Source: a bacterium
GTDB lineage: Bacteria > Patescibacteriota > Microgenomatia > UBA12405
DNA length: 64,000 bases
NCBI GenBank assembly: GCA_021817905.1
Contig: JAKAFM010000002.1
Location: forward strand, 3,807-67,806
Direction: 5' to 3'
This document shows positions 9,825 to 20,964 of the stretch, piece after piece. Below the pieces are notes generated by a model. That model worked only from the letters and a program-made list of their open reading frames with translations, had not been told where the DNA came from and made no database searches. A program made the translations under genes and the position numbers. Each line of letters starts with the position of its first letter. Position 1 is the stretch's first letter.

Positions 9825-11447
9825 TCACCTATTAACTTGATAAATGGCGGTTTTATCTTGGTTATAGAGTAATTTTAGGCTTAACTTTGTAAGATCAGGA
9901 TTAAATGGTTGGAGATCTTGGTTAGCTATATAGATATAGTCAATATGATTGTTAACTAAAAATCCCCGGTCCTGAAAAATATTTTGTTGTTTGAAGAACG
10001 AGATCTCTTGATTTCGACGTGAAGTTACATCATAGCCGCTAATACTTAAATTCATTTCATCTTCTAAATAAGTGTATTTCTTACTGTAAGCTGAAACATA
10101 GCCAGTAGTATCATAGGCAAATAGCGGTATAGGGGTTGAAGTAAAGTGTCTCTTGCTGTATTCGTCGTAGGGATAGGTAACAACGATCTTGCCTGGTAGC
10201 GAACTTAGGTAGTTGAGAGCTTTTATTTCAGCTGGGGGGAGCGATGACGGTGAGGGGTTGCCAATATCTCCCTGATAGGTATCCAAATTTCCAATAACCG
10301 AAGTGATGATGATTACTAGTATTATTATTTTCGAAGCGTTATATGTTAAATAATAGGCCAAGAAAATGTTGGCGATAAAAAGGCTATAGTAAAGAAACTG
10401 GATAGTATTCCAAGCAGTGCCTTTTTGAATAAATAAGAGTGGAATAATGGTAATGATGATAATGGTAGGTAAAAGAGATAATTCTTTTAATGGTTTTAGA
10501 ATTCCTAATAATCGCCAACTGAAATTTCCTAAAATAAATAAGCATAGACCAAGTATGTCTATAATGATGAGTTTAAGGTTAAAATGATTGGTGGATAACG
10601 CTGTATTGATAAAACTAGCTACCTTAGGGATAAATACCCGGTCGGTTGAATTTAGCATAGTATGAACAAACCAAAGTGGCTGAAAAATAAATAATTGGCT
10701 TGGTTGCTGGTTGTACCAATAAAAAATTGCTAGTGCGATAATAAATGAGATACCTAATTTGTAAAAATGTTTAGGTTGGTGGAGAACGTAAAACCCAAAT
10801 AGTAGAAATATGACAACTCCGGCATATGATTTAGTAATCGGGGCTAGACAGCAAAGTAAGATAATTAGTACCCATTTTTTTTGCTGTTTAAGGAGTATTA
10901 AAAAGAGAAGTAGAACTATTAGCGAAAGGGCATAAGGAGGATTTAATTGAGTTGAGGCAGATTGCATTGACCAAAATAGAGACTCACCCCCAAATTTACC
11001 AGCTGTCAGGAGCGTATATACCCAACCAAATGAAGTGGCAAAGGTGTTAAGAAATACAAGGTACACTCCCCCTCTGGATTTATTAGTTAAAAGTAAACCC
11101 AAATAATAACTCAAAATAATAATTAGGGATGAAAGAAGTATTGGAGTAAATTGAAAAAGGATTAATGATGAATTTATATGGGTGATATTGGCAATAACTG
11201 CCACAATTATGTCAAATAGCGGATGATAATTAGTTAATCTAAGACCGGCAATTGTCGGGTGATTTATGATGAATGGATTTGTGATGTGGTTAATCAGAGC
11301 TAGATGCCAGATACCGTCGTGTCCGGTAGGTCCCCAAAAGCCATAGCCATAGGAGTACAAAAGTCCACTTCTAATTACTGGTAGTGATTGAAAAACAATG
11401 GCAATAACTAAAAAAAGAAAGAGGATTATCTTTTTGCTTTTAGCCAT
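9825..11447 (-). CDS. polytopic membrane protein, probable GT-C glycosyltransferase
   Basis: TM1, then a loop with 'HDGIWH' and 'NYHPLFD', about 12 TM helices and a soluble C-terminal domain; lies within the glycan island. Confidence 0.6.
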   Translation of the reverse strand: MAKSKKIILFLFLVIAIVFQSLPVIRSGLLYSYGYGFWGPTGHDGIWHLALINHITNPFIINHPTIAGLRLTNYHPLFDIIVAVIANITHINSSLILFQFTPILLSSLIIILSYYLGLLLTNKSRGGVYLVFLNTFATSFGWVYTLLTAGKFGGESLFWSMQSASTQLNPPYALSLIVLLLFLILLKQQKKWVLIILLCCLAPITKSYAGVVIFLLFGFYVLHQPKHFYKLGISFIIALAIFYWYNQQPSQLFIFQPLWFVHTMLNSTDRVFIPKVASFINTALSTNHFNLKLIIIDILGLCLFILGNFSWRLLGILKPLKELSLLPTIIIITIIPLLFIQKGTAWNTIQFLYYSLFIANIFLAYYLTYNASKIIILVIIITSVIGNLDTYQGDIGNPSPSSLPPAEIKALNYLSSLPGKIVVTYPYDEYSKRHFTSTPIPLFAYDTTGYVSAYSKKYTYLEDEMNLSISGYDVTSRRNQEISFFKQQNIFQDRGFLVNNHIDYIYIANQDLQPFNPDLTKLSLKLLYNQDKTAIYQVNR

Positions 11448-12883
11448 CGTAGTTGATTAATAAACCAATTAATTTCATCTTTAGAAAAGATCAAATGGTA
11501 GGCAATGTAAATGCATAGAGCTGATATTATTTTGGTAATTATACTGGTAATTAGTGTTAAACCAAGATGATTGATACCTAGAAGTACTAGAGCTATTAAG
11601 GCGGTACTTATTATAGGATTTATAAGGTTGGCGACAAGATTTATACGAAAATGCTTATAAGCGAGATACCAGACAATAAAAGAACTTAGGCCGACAATTA
11701 GTGAGGCGACAGACGTGCCAATATAACCATATTTTAGGCTTAATATTGGGTAAAATATCCAGGTTAGAACTGTCCAGACTATCATCATTTTAGTAGTTGT
11801 TAGTATTTTCCCAACGGCATTAAAAGCGTTGGTTAAGGGGGTGGTGACGGCTGCAATCATAAATGAGGCGGCATAAAAATAAAGAGGTATAAGTGCCGGT
11901 TCCCATTTATTATATTTTGGGACTAAATGTATTATATCTGGAGCTAAAAAAGCAATTCCAACTAATGATGGGTAAATAATAAGGGCAATAAAATAGATAC
12001 TTCTTTCAATAGTTTTTTTGAGAAGTGGAATATCATCTTGAAATCTTGAAAAAGCAGGAAAGGTTACTCTCATAAATGTGTCCATAAGCGACAGAGGCAT
12101 ACGTGGAGCTTTTTGAGCCCATGAAAGAAGTCCAAATCCTGTTCTGCCGATAATACCGGCAACCATTAAGTCAGATAGATCGTCTTTGGCTAAGGCTATA
12201 AGTGAATTTAATTGATAAGGAATGCCAAACTTGAAGAGATGTTTGACAGCCTGAAGAGAAAATCCAATCCCAATTTTCCAACCTTTAAGACGATACATAA
12301 TTATCAAACCTACAGTAGCCCGAATAAAGGTTGCCAAGGCGTATGAATAAGCTCCTAATCCAGAATAAGCAGCAACTACGGCGATGGTGTAAAACAGAAT
12401 ATTTTCAATTATGTCGACGGTTGATATTTTTTTGAAGTTTAATTCCCTTTCGAGTAATACTGAGGGAATCGTTTTAAGGGAGCTGATTAAAAAGGCGTAA
12501 CATAATGAAATAAAAATCCACATTTCTTTTGAGCCAAAATTATGAGATCGTGCTATTTGAGGGTATATAAGACCAATTATTATAATTGAGGTGATTACTA
12601 AGAATTGTTGAATGGTAAAAGAGGTCTGGAGCTCGGAATCGGTAGGAGGAGCTTTTTTTTGAATTAATGCCGGTGATAAACCAACATCGGAAAAATAGTT
12701 AAGAATGCTCGTAACGGCGACAACGATAGCAAATAGTCCAACATCAGCAGGGCTAAGAATAATCGTGAGTAAAAAGAAACCAATAACTGAAATTGCCTGT
12801 ATTCCGGCATTACGGAGCGTTAAAAATACTATACTATTGGCCGATTTAATTTTTATTTCTTCGATTTCTTGAGTGTTGGCCAT
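11426..12883 (-). CDS. Wzx-type oligosaccharide flippase (MOP/PST family)
   Basis: 485 aa, about 12-14 TMs, 'LSPADVGLFAI', 'DVGLSPALIQK', 'LLERELNFKK', 'LFKFG'. Confidence 0.88.
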   Translation of the reverse strand: MANTQEIEEIKIKSANSIVFLTLRNAGIQAISVIGFFLLTIILSPADVGLFAIVVAVTSILNYFSDVGLSPALIQKKAPPTDSELQTSFTIQQFLVITSIIIIGLIYPQIARSHNFGSKEMWIFISLCYAFLISSLKTIPSVLLERELNFKKISTVDIIENILFYTIAVVAAYSGLGAYSYALATFIRATVGLIIMYRLKGWKIGIGFSLQAVKHLFKFGIPYQLNSLIALAKDDLSDLMVAGIIGRTGFGLLSWAQKAPRMPLSLMDTFMRVTFPAFSRFQDDIPLLKKTIERSIYFIALIIYPSLVGIAFLAPDIIHLVPKYNKWEPALIPLYFYAASFMIAAVTTPLTNAFNAVGKILTTTKMMIVWTVLTWIFYPILSLKYGYIGTSVASLIVGLSSFIVWYLAYKHFRINLVANLINPIISTALIALVLLGINHLGLTLITSIITKIISALCIYIAYHLIFSKDEINWFINQLRWLKAKR

Positions 12884-14553
12884 AGACTTTTTGTAAAATA
12901 GAAAGCGATTAAAAGCCAGGAAACAAATGATATGTAATTACAGACGGTCCGTATTATTGTATTTTGTAATTTGAAATATAATTGATGATTACCTGGCGGT
13001 AAGGTAATCTGCATCCTGCCATACGTTGCTTCGTAGGTAAGAGGAATTATTTTTTGATTGTCATAAGCTATAAAATTAGGAAAGTAGAGTTGAGCAACTG
13101 TTAGAGTTGAGGTGATTTCATTGGTGACATTAAACGAAAACCAGTCAGTTCCCCGTTTCGTATTTGTAATTTGTGAAGAATTGGGAGGTGATTGGGTATC
13201 AACGATGGAGGTGGCTAATGTTAATGGAGCTGTATGGGCTGTTTTTGGTAAATAATCATAGATACTGCCGGTAACAAAATTGTGCCAGGAACCTGAAAAT
13301 TTTTGTTGATCAGTTATTGGACCACTATGGACAGGTTGAAAATAGCTTATATTTATTACTATTACCGAAACCAATAAATTTATGATAATTACTTTTTTAA
13401 GAAATGAAGTTATTTTAATATAATTTAATACTTCAACAATAAAGGCACTAGCAAAGGAAGCAAAAAAGTAACTTAGACTTAAAAACCTCCATGGGAATTG
13501 TATTTTTTGAATCGGAGAAAATATAAGCCAAATAATGTTAGAACGGTTATGAGTCATAAAGGCCGAAAAGAGAAAACAGCCTACTAAGAAAATGATAAGA
13601 CTGCTTTTTCTGTCAAATCGGCGTTTATTAATACTTTTGATGATAGTAAATATGAGTAGAATTAGTGGTATTATCCAGTGGAGATAACCGAGCATAAATG
13701 AAAAACCATCATTTGCACCCCACACAGAGGGTCCATCTCCCCAGAAATTGTTAAAAAGCAATTGCGGTAGGGTGACAAAATGAGCACCGTAACTATAATA
13801 ATCATTAAACATTGACTCAATTTGAACTAGTTGCGTTTCAATAAGGAGCGGAATTGTAAAAAATGCTGATAATCCAAGTCCAAGTATTCCAGCTTTAATA
13901 AAATTATATGAGTCATGAATAAAAAAAGCAGCCTTTTTTTGTGAAATCAACCAAAAAAATATCCAAAGTAATAGAAAAGGGGTGAAAATTAACACCATGG
14001 GATTATGAGATAAAAGAATACCGGCTATAGCTAAGGCAAAGATAATTATAAATTTCGTTTTTTTAGTAGCAATTAGCTGGTATGATGCGTAAAAAAGAAG
14101 TGGAAAGAAGACGGTAGCCCAAGCTTCATCCATGGCGCCGCGAACATATATATTTACAGCGTGATAAGGGGCATAAGTATAGAAGACGGCGGCGATTATT
14201 CCAGCTGTGGGGCCAAGCAAGGAAGTTACTAATAGATACATGGCAAAACTGGCAAGAATTATTTGGGTAACGGCGGTTAATTTGACAGTAGTTATAAATG
14301 AAGCGCCTAATGTTCGGTAGATTTCACCAACCATGTAGGGCATTGGGGGATAGAAGTTAAATAAGGGGTAGCCATAGCCATTACCAAGATCTGGCACCCA
14401 ACGACAGGGAATTTGACCGTCATAGATACATTTTTCAAGCTCAAGTTGCCTAATTAGCTGTAAATCATCATGCATGTTGTAATATCCTGGCTTTAGAAGT
14501 ACCCAAAATGAGGGTATGGTTAGGAGAAGAATGAGCGCAAGACGTTTAACCAT
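12853..14553 (-). CDS. GT-C membrane protein (PTPS-related/YfhO-like)
   Basis: 'HDD', 'RWVPDL..GYGYPLFNFYPP', 'YAPYH..NIYVRG', 'QFPWRFL', YfhO-like C-terminus. Confidence 0.8.
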   Translation of the reverse strand: MVKRLALILLLTIPSFWVLLKPGYYNMHDDLQLIRQLELEKCIYDGQIPCRWVPDLGNGYGYPLFNFYPPMPYMVGEIYRTLGASFITTVKLTAVTQIILASFAMYLLVTSLLGPTAGIIAAVFYTYAPYHAVNIYVRGAMDEAWATVFFPLLFYASYQLIATKKTKFIIIFALAIAGILLSHNPMVLIFTPFLLLWIFFWLISQKKAAFFIHDSYNFIKAGILGLGLSAFFTIPLLIETQLVQIESMFNDYYSYGAHFVTLPQLLFNNFWGDGPSVWGANDGFSFMLGYLHWIIPLILLIFTIIKSINKRRFDRKSSLIIFLVGCFLFSAFMTHNRSNIIWLIFSPIQKIQFPWRFLSLSYFFASFASAFIVEVLNYIKITSFLKKVIIINLLVSVIVINISYFQPVHSGPITDQQKFSGSWHNFVTGSIYDYLPKTAHTAPLTLATSIVDTQSPPNSSQITNTKRGTDWFSFNVTNEITSTLTVAQLYFPNFIAYDNQKIIPLTYEATYGRMQITLPPGNHQLYFKLQNTIIRTVCNYISFVSWLLIAFYFTKSLWPTLKKSKK

Positions 14554-14572
14554 GGTTTATTTTACACTAGGA

Positions 14573-16027
14573 TCAGATACGAATAAGCAATAGCTGGGTT
14601 TTGTCTGGTTTTGGGTATTGGTGAATTATATTTAAAAACGATTTTGGAATTGTGATTCGGTTACTGTTTACAAGAAGGTAGACTTCGTCGCCATGGGCTT
14701 TAGCATCTAGTAGTTTAGGAGGAATGGCATCAATCTGAACACCTATGCCGAATACTGTTAATCTGGGAATATTGTTAGTATATATTTGGAGACCGTCGGG
14801 CAGGGTACCAAAATAACCCTCAGTACCGACGATGACGTTGGCCTGATGGCTTCTGGCTATTAAATATTTTGAAGCTGATTGTATACCCCATCCCGAAGTC
14901 CAATCCTGATTGTAACCAGTTTCTGTTGGTGGTAGTTGAACGGTAAACGGGTCAGTCATTAAATGATAATTTTGTATTACTGTTGGAAATAAACTTAAGA
15001 AAACAATTAAGATGATCAATTTCTTTTGGTAGTTATTTATAGCAAAAGTAACGGCAAGAATCAGGGGCGAAATAGTGTAGAGAATATATCGGGCGGTGAA
15101 TACTTTAGCGAAGGCAGCATTGGCTAGTAAAGGTAATAAGCTCCATGCCAAAAACAATGATATCCATTGTAAATCATGTTTATATTGATAATGTTTTGTG
15201 ATTTTGAAGATTATTAAAATAAGACTTAATAGTAAAATACCAATAGGAAGATAGGATGAAAATAGGTTAACTATGTCAAGTAGATGAGGTTTAAGAGGGT
15301 CAAAAGGGTGATGGAGGATTTCTGTGACCGACCAGACGTAGTCTTGATTACGAAGCGCAATCATGTGAAATTGGGGACCTAGACGGAGAATGTTATAGAT
15401 GGAAAAACTTATAAAAAAGGTGATCATCCCTAAAATGAGTGACTTTAGTGTTCTATGGAATAACAAAACGGTAACAATAGAAAGGGTGATAAAGAATATA
15501 GCTGGTGATTTGGTTAGCCAGGCTAGACCCAATATCCCACCATTAATTAGGCTTAAATCTAGTCGTAGGTGTTTTATTTGTAAGATGGTTAGTAATAAAG
15601 AAAGAGAGGCAAGGGTGGTTAGGAGATTATCGGCCAGGGCCATGCGATCAAAGAAAAAGGTGAATGTTGATGATATGTATATTAAACAGACACTTATTTT
15701 TGCGAATCGAGAAGTATTTAGATAAACACAGATCGTATAAAGCGTGGTAAGGGTTACAAACCCAGCAAGTACCGATACAAAGCGAGAGGCAAATAAAGGG
15801 TCAGAAAAAACTTTAAAAAATGGGACTGTAAGCCACATAAATAATGGTTGCTTACCATCAGTAAGAGGAATAAATCTGAGTGTTTCGACTGCTTTAATTA
15901 CCTGCGACCAGCGGATATAGATTGCCTCATCGGCAAAGACAGGTAACCTAATTAGGTTTATTAGCCGGGTAATAAAATAGACAATCGCCCATGGTAAAAA
16001 ATAGAGATAGTCTTTAAATTTTGGCAT
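14573..16027 (-). CDS. GT39/ArnT-like glycosyltransferase
   Basis: 'LPVFADEAIY', 'DGKQPLFMW', 'FFDRMALAD', 'LTKSP', multi-TM. Confidence 0.85.
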   Translation of the reverse strand: MPKFKDYLYFLPWAIVYFITRLINLIRLPVFADEAIYIRWSQVIKAVETLRFIPLTDGKQPLFMWLTVPFFKVFSDPLFASRFVSVLAGFVTLTTLYTICVYLNTSRFAKISVCLIYISSTFTFFFDRMALADNLLTTLASLSLLLTILQIKHLRLDLSLINGGILGLAWLTKSPAIFFITLSIVTVLLFHRTLKSLILGMITFFISFSIYNILRLGPQFHMIALRNQDYVWSVTEILHHPFDPLKPHLLDIVNLFSSYLPIGILLLSLILIIFKITKHYQYKHDLQWISLFLAWSLLPLLANAAFAKVFTARYILYTISPLILAVTFAINNYQKKLIILIVFLSLFPTVIQNYHLMTDPFTVQLPPTETGYNQDWTSGWGIQSASKYLIARSHQANVIVGTEGYFGTLPDGLQIYTNNIPRLTVFGIGVQIDAIPPKLLDAKAHGDEVYLLVNSNRITIPKSFLNIIHQYPKPDKTQLLLIRI

Positions 16028-16808
16028 TACAGTGTTGGTAGAGTCCTTTAATGTCGTTTAACTTAACCCTAATTACTTCTTTAGCCATATTGATTGATTC
16101 TTTTTTAAATCTTGACGAATCACCTTTACTAGTGCTTGTATCTTCATTTTTCCATGCTACCGGAACCTCCTTAATTTTAAAGCCATTTTTTTCAATTAAA
16201 AATAACAGTTCAACATCGTAGGCAGAGACGCGCCAACCTGAAGATTGAACCTGGTTTTTAATTGCAGCCAAATATGGAAAAAGTTGTTTTATTATTTTTG
16301 TATTAAAAACTTTAAATCCACATTGAGTATCATTTAATGAAGACAAAAGTAGGCTTTTTCGAAACACAAAAAAAACACTGGACATTATTTTACGGATTAT
16401 CGAAGTGTTGTCACGACTAACCCCTCGTGAACCAATTATGGCTTGATAATTTTCTGATATATAGGGTAAAAGTTTACTTAGTTCATTAATAGGAGTGGAC
16501 TGATCCATGTCGGTAAATAAAACATAAGGAAAGCGTGCTTGTTGAACACCACCCCAGATAGCACTAGCTTTGCCTCCATGTGGAAGATCAATTAACCTAA
16601 AGTTTGGGTTATTTTGATGGAATTTTTGTAGAAAGATAAGACTTTTATCAGTTGAAGCATCATTGCAAATAAGTACTTCCCAGGGATAACTCTGTTTGGT
16701 TAGGAAACTCTTGACCTGATCAAGGACACCTCGACGTAAATTGTTTTCTTCATTGTAACAGGGAATAATAATACTGATTCCAGGAATTGATTTATTACTT
16801 TTTTTCAT
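16014..16808 (-). CDS. GT2 polyprenol-phosphate glycosyltransferase (DPM/DPG synthase-like)
   Basis: 'IIIPCYNEE', 'NDASTD', 'FTDMDQST', 'IGSR', 'DTQCGFK', 'DVELL'. Confidence 0.9.
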   Translation of the reverse strand: MKKSNKSIPGISIIIPCYNEENNLRRGVLDQVKSFLTKQSYPWEVLICNDASTDKSLIFLQKFHQNNPNFRLIDLPHGGKASAIWGGVQQARFPYVLFTDMDQSTPINELSKLLPYISENYQAIIGSRGVSRDNTSIIRKIMSSVFFVFRKSLLLSSLNDTQCGFKVFNTKIIKQLFPYLAAIKNQVQSSGWRVSAYDVELLFLIEKNGFKIKEVPVAWKNEDTSTSKGDSSRFKKESINMAKEVIRVKLNDIKGLYQHCNAKI

Positions 16809-18291
16809 ACATTATTCTAGTCCGTCTTTGGACAGTGATCCCGCCAAAAGATTTTTCCTCTATAATTGTGCCAATTTTTTGTTGCCTTTGCAACCAGGCA
16901 TGTAACCTTTCCGGGTGTGGAGGATCAACTTCATAGAGTGTATAGAGAAGTGGTACCTGTTCCTTGGCTTGAGGAGGACATTGTTTTAACGATGTTTGCC
17001 AAGCAAAAAGATATTCGTAGGTATACGGAATGACTGGAGGAACGTAGGCATCAATATTATAAGGTGTTTGTTTAACTTGTTGACAAATATATTTGACTGA
17101 TTGTAGTTGATTACCTAGACTGACATGTTCCGGTCCATTAGGTTTAGCGCTTAGATAATAATATAGGTGCGGAAGATTTAACCATGCGAAAAGCAACAAT
17201 ACTACCGAACTTATGATAGTTGAGTAGTTTAGTGACACTAACCCGATGCTTGTAAGGATAATAAATGCAGGAAAGAACCCAGTTAAATAGTAGTCATATA
17301 ATACACCATAGTTACCAACGAAAAATAATAAAATTATAAGGGGGACAAATAACCATATAAGACTAACTTTTACTAACGCATTATTTTTTTTGATTTTGAA
17401 CAGACCAATAATGAACACTATCAGAAATATAAGTGACCAGCGTGTGAGGTTGGGATCGAGTTTGGAAATAAAGTCTTGGTAATATGCAAAAAATCTAAGT
17501 CCTATAAATTTTAGAGTAGGAACCCCCCACGACTTTCCGGAATCGCTATTTATGCGACCGGAAATAAATCCTAATAGGTTACGAGTTAATAAAAACTTAT
17601 TTTTTATTTCAAAAGCAAGTTGAGGAAGGAGTAAGACACCAAAAGCGATTGCAGATACTATTAGTTGATTAAGTGATGTTTTCTTAAATAGTTTTCTTTG
17701 TGAATAACCAATAAAGGCTAAACTGGGGAAAAAGAAAATAGCTGAGGCGGACTCAAGTTGGAGGGACAAACCAAGAAGTAGGGCAACTAATGGTAGAAAA
17801 CGAGTATGTTTATCGTTTATCATAACAATAATTAGGAAAATGATGGCGACGACAAAGGTTGGAAGTGGTGAAGGATTGGAAAACCAGCGACTAGACTTGA
17901 TTAAATTGAGACTAAATGTCCATAAAATAGCAGCGACGTAGCCAGCTTTTGTGGAGTGATATTTTTTGAGTAAGATAAAAAGTAAGGGTACCGTCAAACT
18001 TTCAAGAAAAGCGATGAAATAGCTAGCGATTGCGGGATTGCCTTTGGCGACTAAATATCCGGGAGTAATTAAATAGTACCAAAATGGTCCAAGATATAGA
18101 CCGTTTATGCCTGTTGTTGGGCCAATAGCTGGTAGTCTATGAGTATTAATAATTTCAGTGGCTTTAAGTGCGTCCCGAGCCTGATCGTAATAAAATCCTA
18201 GAAGGTTTGTTTGGTTATAAGTTCTTAAGAACAAGGCAATAATCCAGATAATAATGATAGGACCGTACTTTTTTAAAAGGTTCAGTTTCAT
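16795..18291 (-). CDS. GT39/ArnT-like glycosyltransferase
   Basis: 'FYYDQARD', 'IGP', 'YLGPFWYY', multi-TM; paralog of 19519..20964. Confidence 0.85.
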   Translation of the reverse strand: MKLNLLKKYGPIIIIWIIALFLRTYNQTNLLGFYYDQARDALKATEIINTHRLPAIGPTTGINGLYLGPFWYYLITPGYLVAKGNPAIASYFIAFLESLTVPLLFILLKKYHSTKAGYVAAILWTFSLNLIKSSRWFSNPSPLPTFVVAIIFLIIVMINDKHTRFLPLVALLLGLSLQLESASAIFFFPSLAFIGYSQRKLFKKTSLNQLIVSAIAFGVLLLPQLAFEIKNKFLLTRNLLGFISGRINSDSGKSWGVPTLKFIGLRFFAYYQDFISKLDPNLTRWSLIFLIVFIIGLFKIKKNNALVKVSLIWLFVPLIILLFFVGNYGVLYDYYLTGFFPAFIILTSIGLVSLNYSTIISSVVLLLFAWLNLPHLYYYLSAKPNGPEHVSLGNQLQSVKYICQQVKQTPYNIDAYVPPVIPYTYEYLFAWQTSLKQCPPQAKEQVPLLYTLYEVDPPHPERLHAWLQRQQKIGTIIEEKSFGGITVQRRTRIMYEKK

Positions 18292-18335
18292 ACTTATATC
18301 GATTATACTAGGGGTGTTACGATAAAATAAAGTAA

Positions 18336-19511
18336 ATGAAAAAATTATTTTGGATACTTTTTGGGCTTGGACTTGTTTTTAAACTTTTTTTATCGGTTAC
18401 CACTTACCATTCTGATTTAGCGGCATTTGCGTTGGCAGCTCATTATATCGATAATCAGGGTAAAATACTCGACTTTTATAATTTGACAAAGGTTGAAAAT
18501 GGAACGATTTTTAACTATCAACCTTTAGCTTACCTGATTCCAGCAGCATTTTATTTACCGTTTAGTGGATTATTGTCATCTACATATGCTTTAGTTCAGA
18601 ATTCAAACTTAGTATGGATTAAAAGCCAAACATTATACTGGCCACTATTGGTGTATAAGTTACCGATGATTTTTGGTGATCTTTTGGGATTGTATTTTTT
18701 AAGGAAATTACTGATTAAGAATAAGGTACGTAATGTTCTTATGCTTATGTGGTGGTTTAATCCTTTGGTATGGTACGTAAGCTATATGATGGGTCAAATT
18801 GATGTGTTGATTGCAGGATTAGTCTTAGGATCTTATTATTTTTACACCAAAGAAAAATGGTACACTTCGGTGATTTTTTTGGTACTTAGTGCACTTATTA
18901 AACCAATGGGGTTAATGTTAATACCCTTGCTGATGATTATGGTATGGAATAAGAGCAAATCATTGATTAGATCGGGAATGGTTGGTTTTATGGGTGTATT
19001 GGTTTATGTATTATCAATACTCCCCTATTACCTGACCTCGCCAGCTTACCGATATTATGCGTTCATGGCGGAGCAAATAAATAAAAGTACTTTTTCCGGA
19101 ATAGATATCGCCTCTGGAACGACTATTCCTTGGTTTTTTATCGCTTTGGCATTTATTGTTATTTACCTTTTTTCTAAAAAAATTTCTTACTTAACGGCGA
19201 TGATTACAACTATTTTGGCAAGTCTTGTTTTTAGTCATTTTCATCCGCAATGGCTTGTATGGGTGACTCCGCTGCTTTTGGTGTTAATGCAAAAAAAAGA
19301 TTTAAAGTGGATTTGGCCGGCTCTTATTGGCTGTTGGGTCATGGTAGTTCTGTCATTTGATCCAAGCTTACATAGTGAGCTGTTTTTGTTTTCATTTTGG
19401 AAGTTTGCGTTACCCAAGGCACTTTTGCCTTTAGTATTAATGGCTAGGGCAGGATTGATCGGAATTTTTGCTTTTATATTCCTACAAAGAAGTACTTCAA
19501 AACGAGCTTAA
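18336..19511 (+). CDS. GT-C membrane glycosyltransferase (GT87-like)
   Basis: 'YHSD', 'NYQP', 'KLPMI..D', 'FNP..WY..MMGQID', 'HPQW'. Confidence 0.7.
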   Translation: MKKLFWILFGLGLVFKLFLSVTTYHSDLAAFALAAHYIDNQGKILDFYNLTKVENGTIFNYQPLAYLIPAAFYLPFSGLLSSTYALVQNSNLVWIKSQTLYWPLLVYKLPMIFGDLLGLYFLRKLLIKNKVRNVLMLMWWFNPLVWYVSYMMGQIDVLIAGLVLGSYYFYTKEKWYTSVIFLVLSALIKPMGLMLIPLLMIMVWNKSKSLIRSGMVGFMGVLVYVLSILPYYLTSPAYRYYAFMAEQINKSTFSGIDIASGTTIPWFFIALAFIVIYLFSKKISYLTAMITTILASLVFSHFHPQWLVWVTPLLLVLMQKKDLKWIWPALIGCWVMVVLSFDPSLHSELFLFSFWKFALPKALLPLVLMARAGLIGIFAFIFLQRSTSKRA

Positions 19512-19518
19512 ATTGGTA

Positions 19519-20964
19519 TTAACTATTCGGAACCAATTTAAAAATTTGAATATTATTTATTGCCCATTGTTGATCGATCCTGGCGATACCAAAGGCAGCC
19601 ACATCCCAAAAGGGGTTGCCGAGTGGCTGGCAGTTTTCGATTGATGGCTCGCAAATTACAAATAATTGGGAAGTCTTTTTGTCTTGAAGGGTGTATAGTT
19701 GACCTTTTTGGAGATCAATATAATACCGGTAAGGAGGATCATAATTCTGTTTGGCAAGTAAAGCCAAATTGAACGGTTGAGCATGACTTTGGTTGACGAT
19801 GAATTGACTAATTTTTTCAGTGGTTGCCAGCTGATTATTGGGAGGGTAATGAAGCGGGCTGTTAACGGCTGAAAAGTATACTAAAATGGCGAAAAGTAGG
19901 TAACCGAGATATTTAGTTTTATAAATTACATAAGCAACCAGACTAAATACTACCGGAAATATAAATCCAAAATAATGGTCGTAGATGTGCTGTTTGTAGA
20001 GACTTAGTCCAAATACACCCCAAAAAAGCCACCACCATAGGAATAATATCGACGAACGGTTTTTTTTATCTTCCTTCAAGAAAAAGACCGAGCTTAGCCC
20101 TAAAATTAGACTTACAAATACCCCCAACTGATCAACTTTTGAGGCGACTAATCGAGTGATGACTTGATTAAACAAGGGGATCATCTCTGGAATAGCTTTG
20201 TATGGTTTAAGATTAACGGTAGTCTGGCGGATTGTAAAAAAAGTAATGATAGCATGTATGTTTTGGCCATTATGTTTTATATCAAAAAGTATTTGAGGTA
20301 TAAGTGATAATCCAAAAATAAGTACTGAAAGTAATACATAGCGATAAAATCGTCTTTTGGGTCGAGATTGATATATATAGTGGAGGAGATAGGTTCCAGC
20401 TAAAGGTAGAAGTAAAAGTGCTAAATAGTGAGAATTCAAACAAAATACAAACGAAAGTGAAGCTAAGAGAAGATAGTGGTCTTTTTTTATAAAACAGACC
20501 TGGTAAATAGCGTAGACAAAAAGGAGCGCAAAAAATGGCATAATGTTGGGATTCCAGGAGAAACTGGTGTATTTTATGGCAACGGGTGAAATTGCAAAAA
20601 GAAAGGCAGCTACAAGACCGACTTTAGCATTGAGGAGCTGTGATAAAAAAACCCATAATAGATATGAAGTAGCAACACCAAAAAGTGCTACTAAAATACT
20701 TGGGCCAACAGGATTGTAGTTGGCGACTAATAAAGCTGGAGCAATCAGGTAGTAGTACCAGGGTCCAAGATACATGTTTCCGATTGAAGTTTGAGGACCT
20801 ATAGCCATGAAATGATGATTAACCAAGAAATTCCGAACAATTACGACATCACGGCCTTGGTCACCAAGAAATTCCATATAACCATCGATGTGATATAGCC
20901 TTAAAAATGCCGAAAGTAACAAGATAATTGTTAGCCAAAAATATGGTTTTTTGTAAAATGTCAT
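19519..20964 (-). CDS. GT39/ArnT-like glycosyltransferase
   Basis: 'FLGDQGRD', 'IGPQTS', 'YLGPWYYY', 'SWNPN'. Confidence 0.85.
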   Translation of the reverse strand: MTFYKKPYFWLTIILLLSAFLRLYHIDGYMEFLGDQGRDVVIVRNFLVNHHFMAIGPQTSIGNMYLGPWYYYLIAPALLVANYNPVGPSILVALFGVATSYLLWVFLSQLLNAKVGLVAAFLFAISPVAIKYTSFSWNPNIMPFFALLFVYAIYQVCFIKKDHYLLLASLSFVFCLNSHYLALLLLPLAGTYLLHYIYQSRPKRRFYRYVLLSVLIFGLSLIPQILFDIKHNGQNIHAIITFFTIRQTTVNLKPYKAIPEMIPLFNQVITRLVASKVDQLGVFVSLILGLSSVFFLKEDKKNRSSILFLWWWLFWGVFGLSLYKQHIYDHYFGFIFPVVFSLVAYVIYKTKYLGYLLFAILVYFSAVNSPLHYPPNNQLATTEKISQFIVNQSHAQPFNLALLAKQNYDPPYRYYIDLQKGQLYTLQDKKTSQLFVICEPSIENCQPLGNPFWDVAAFGIARIDQQWAINNIQIFKLVPNS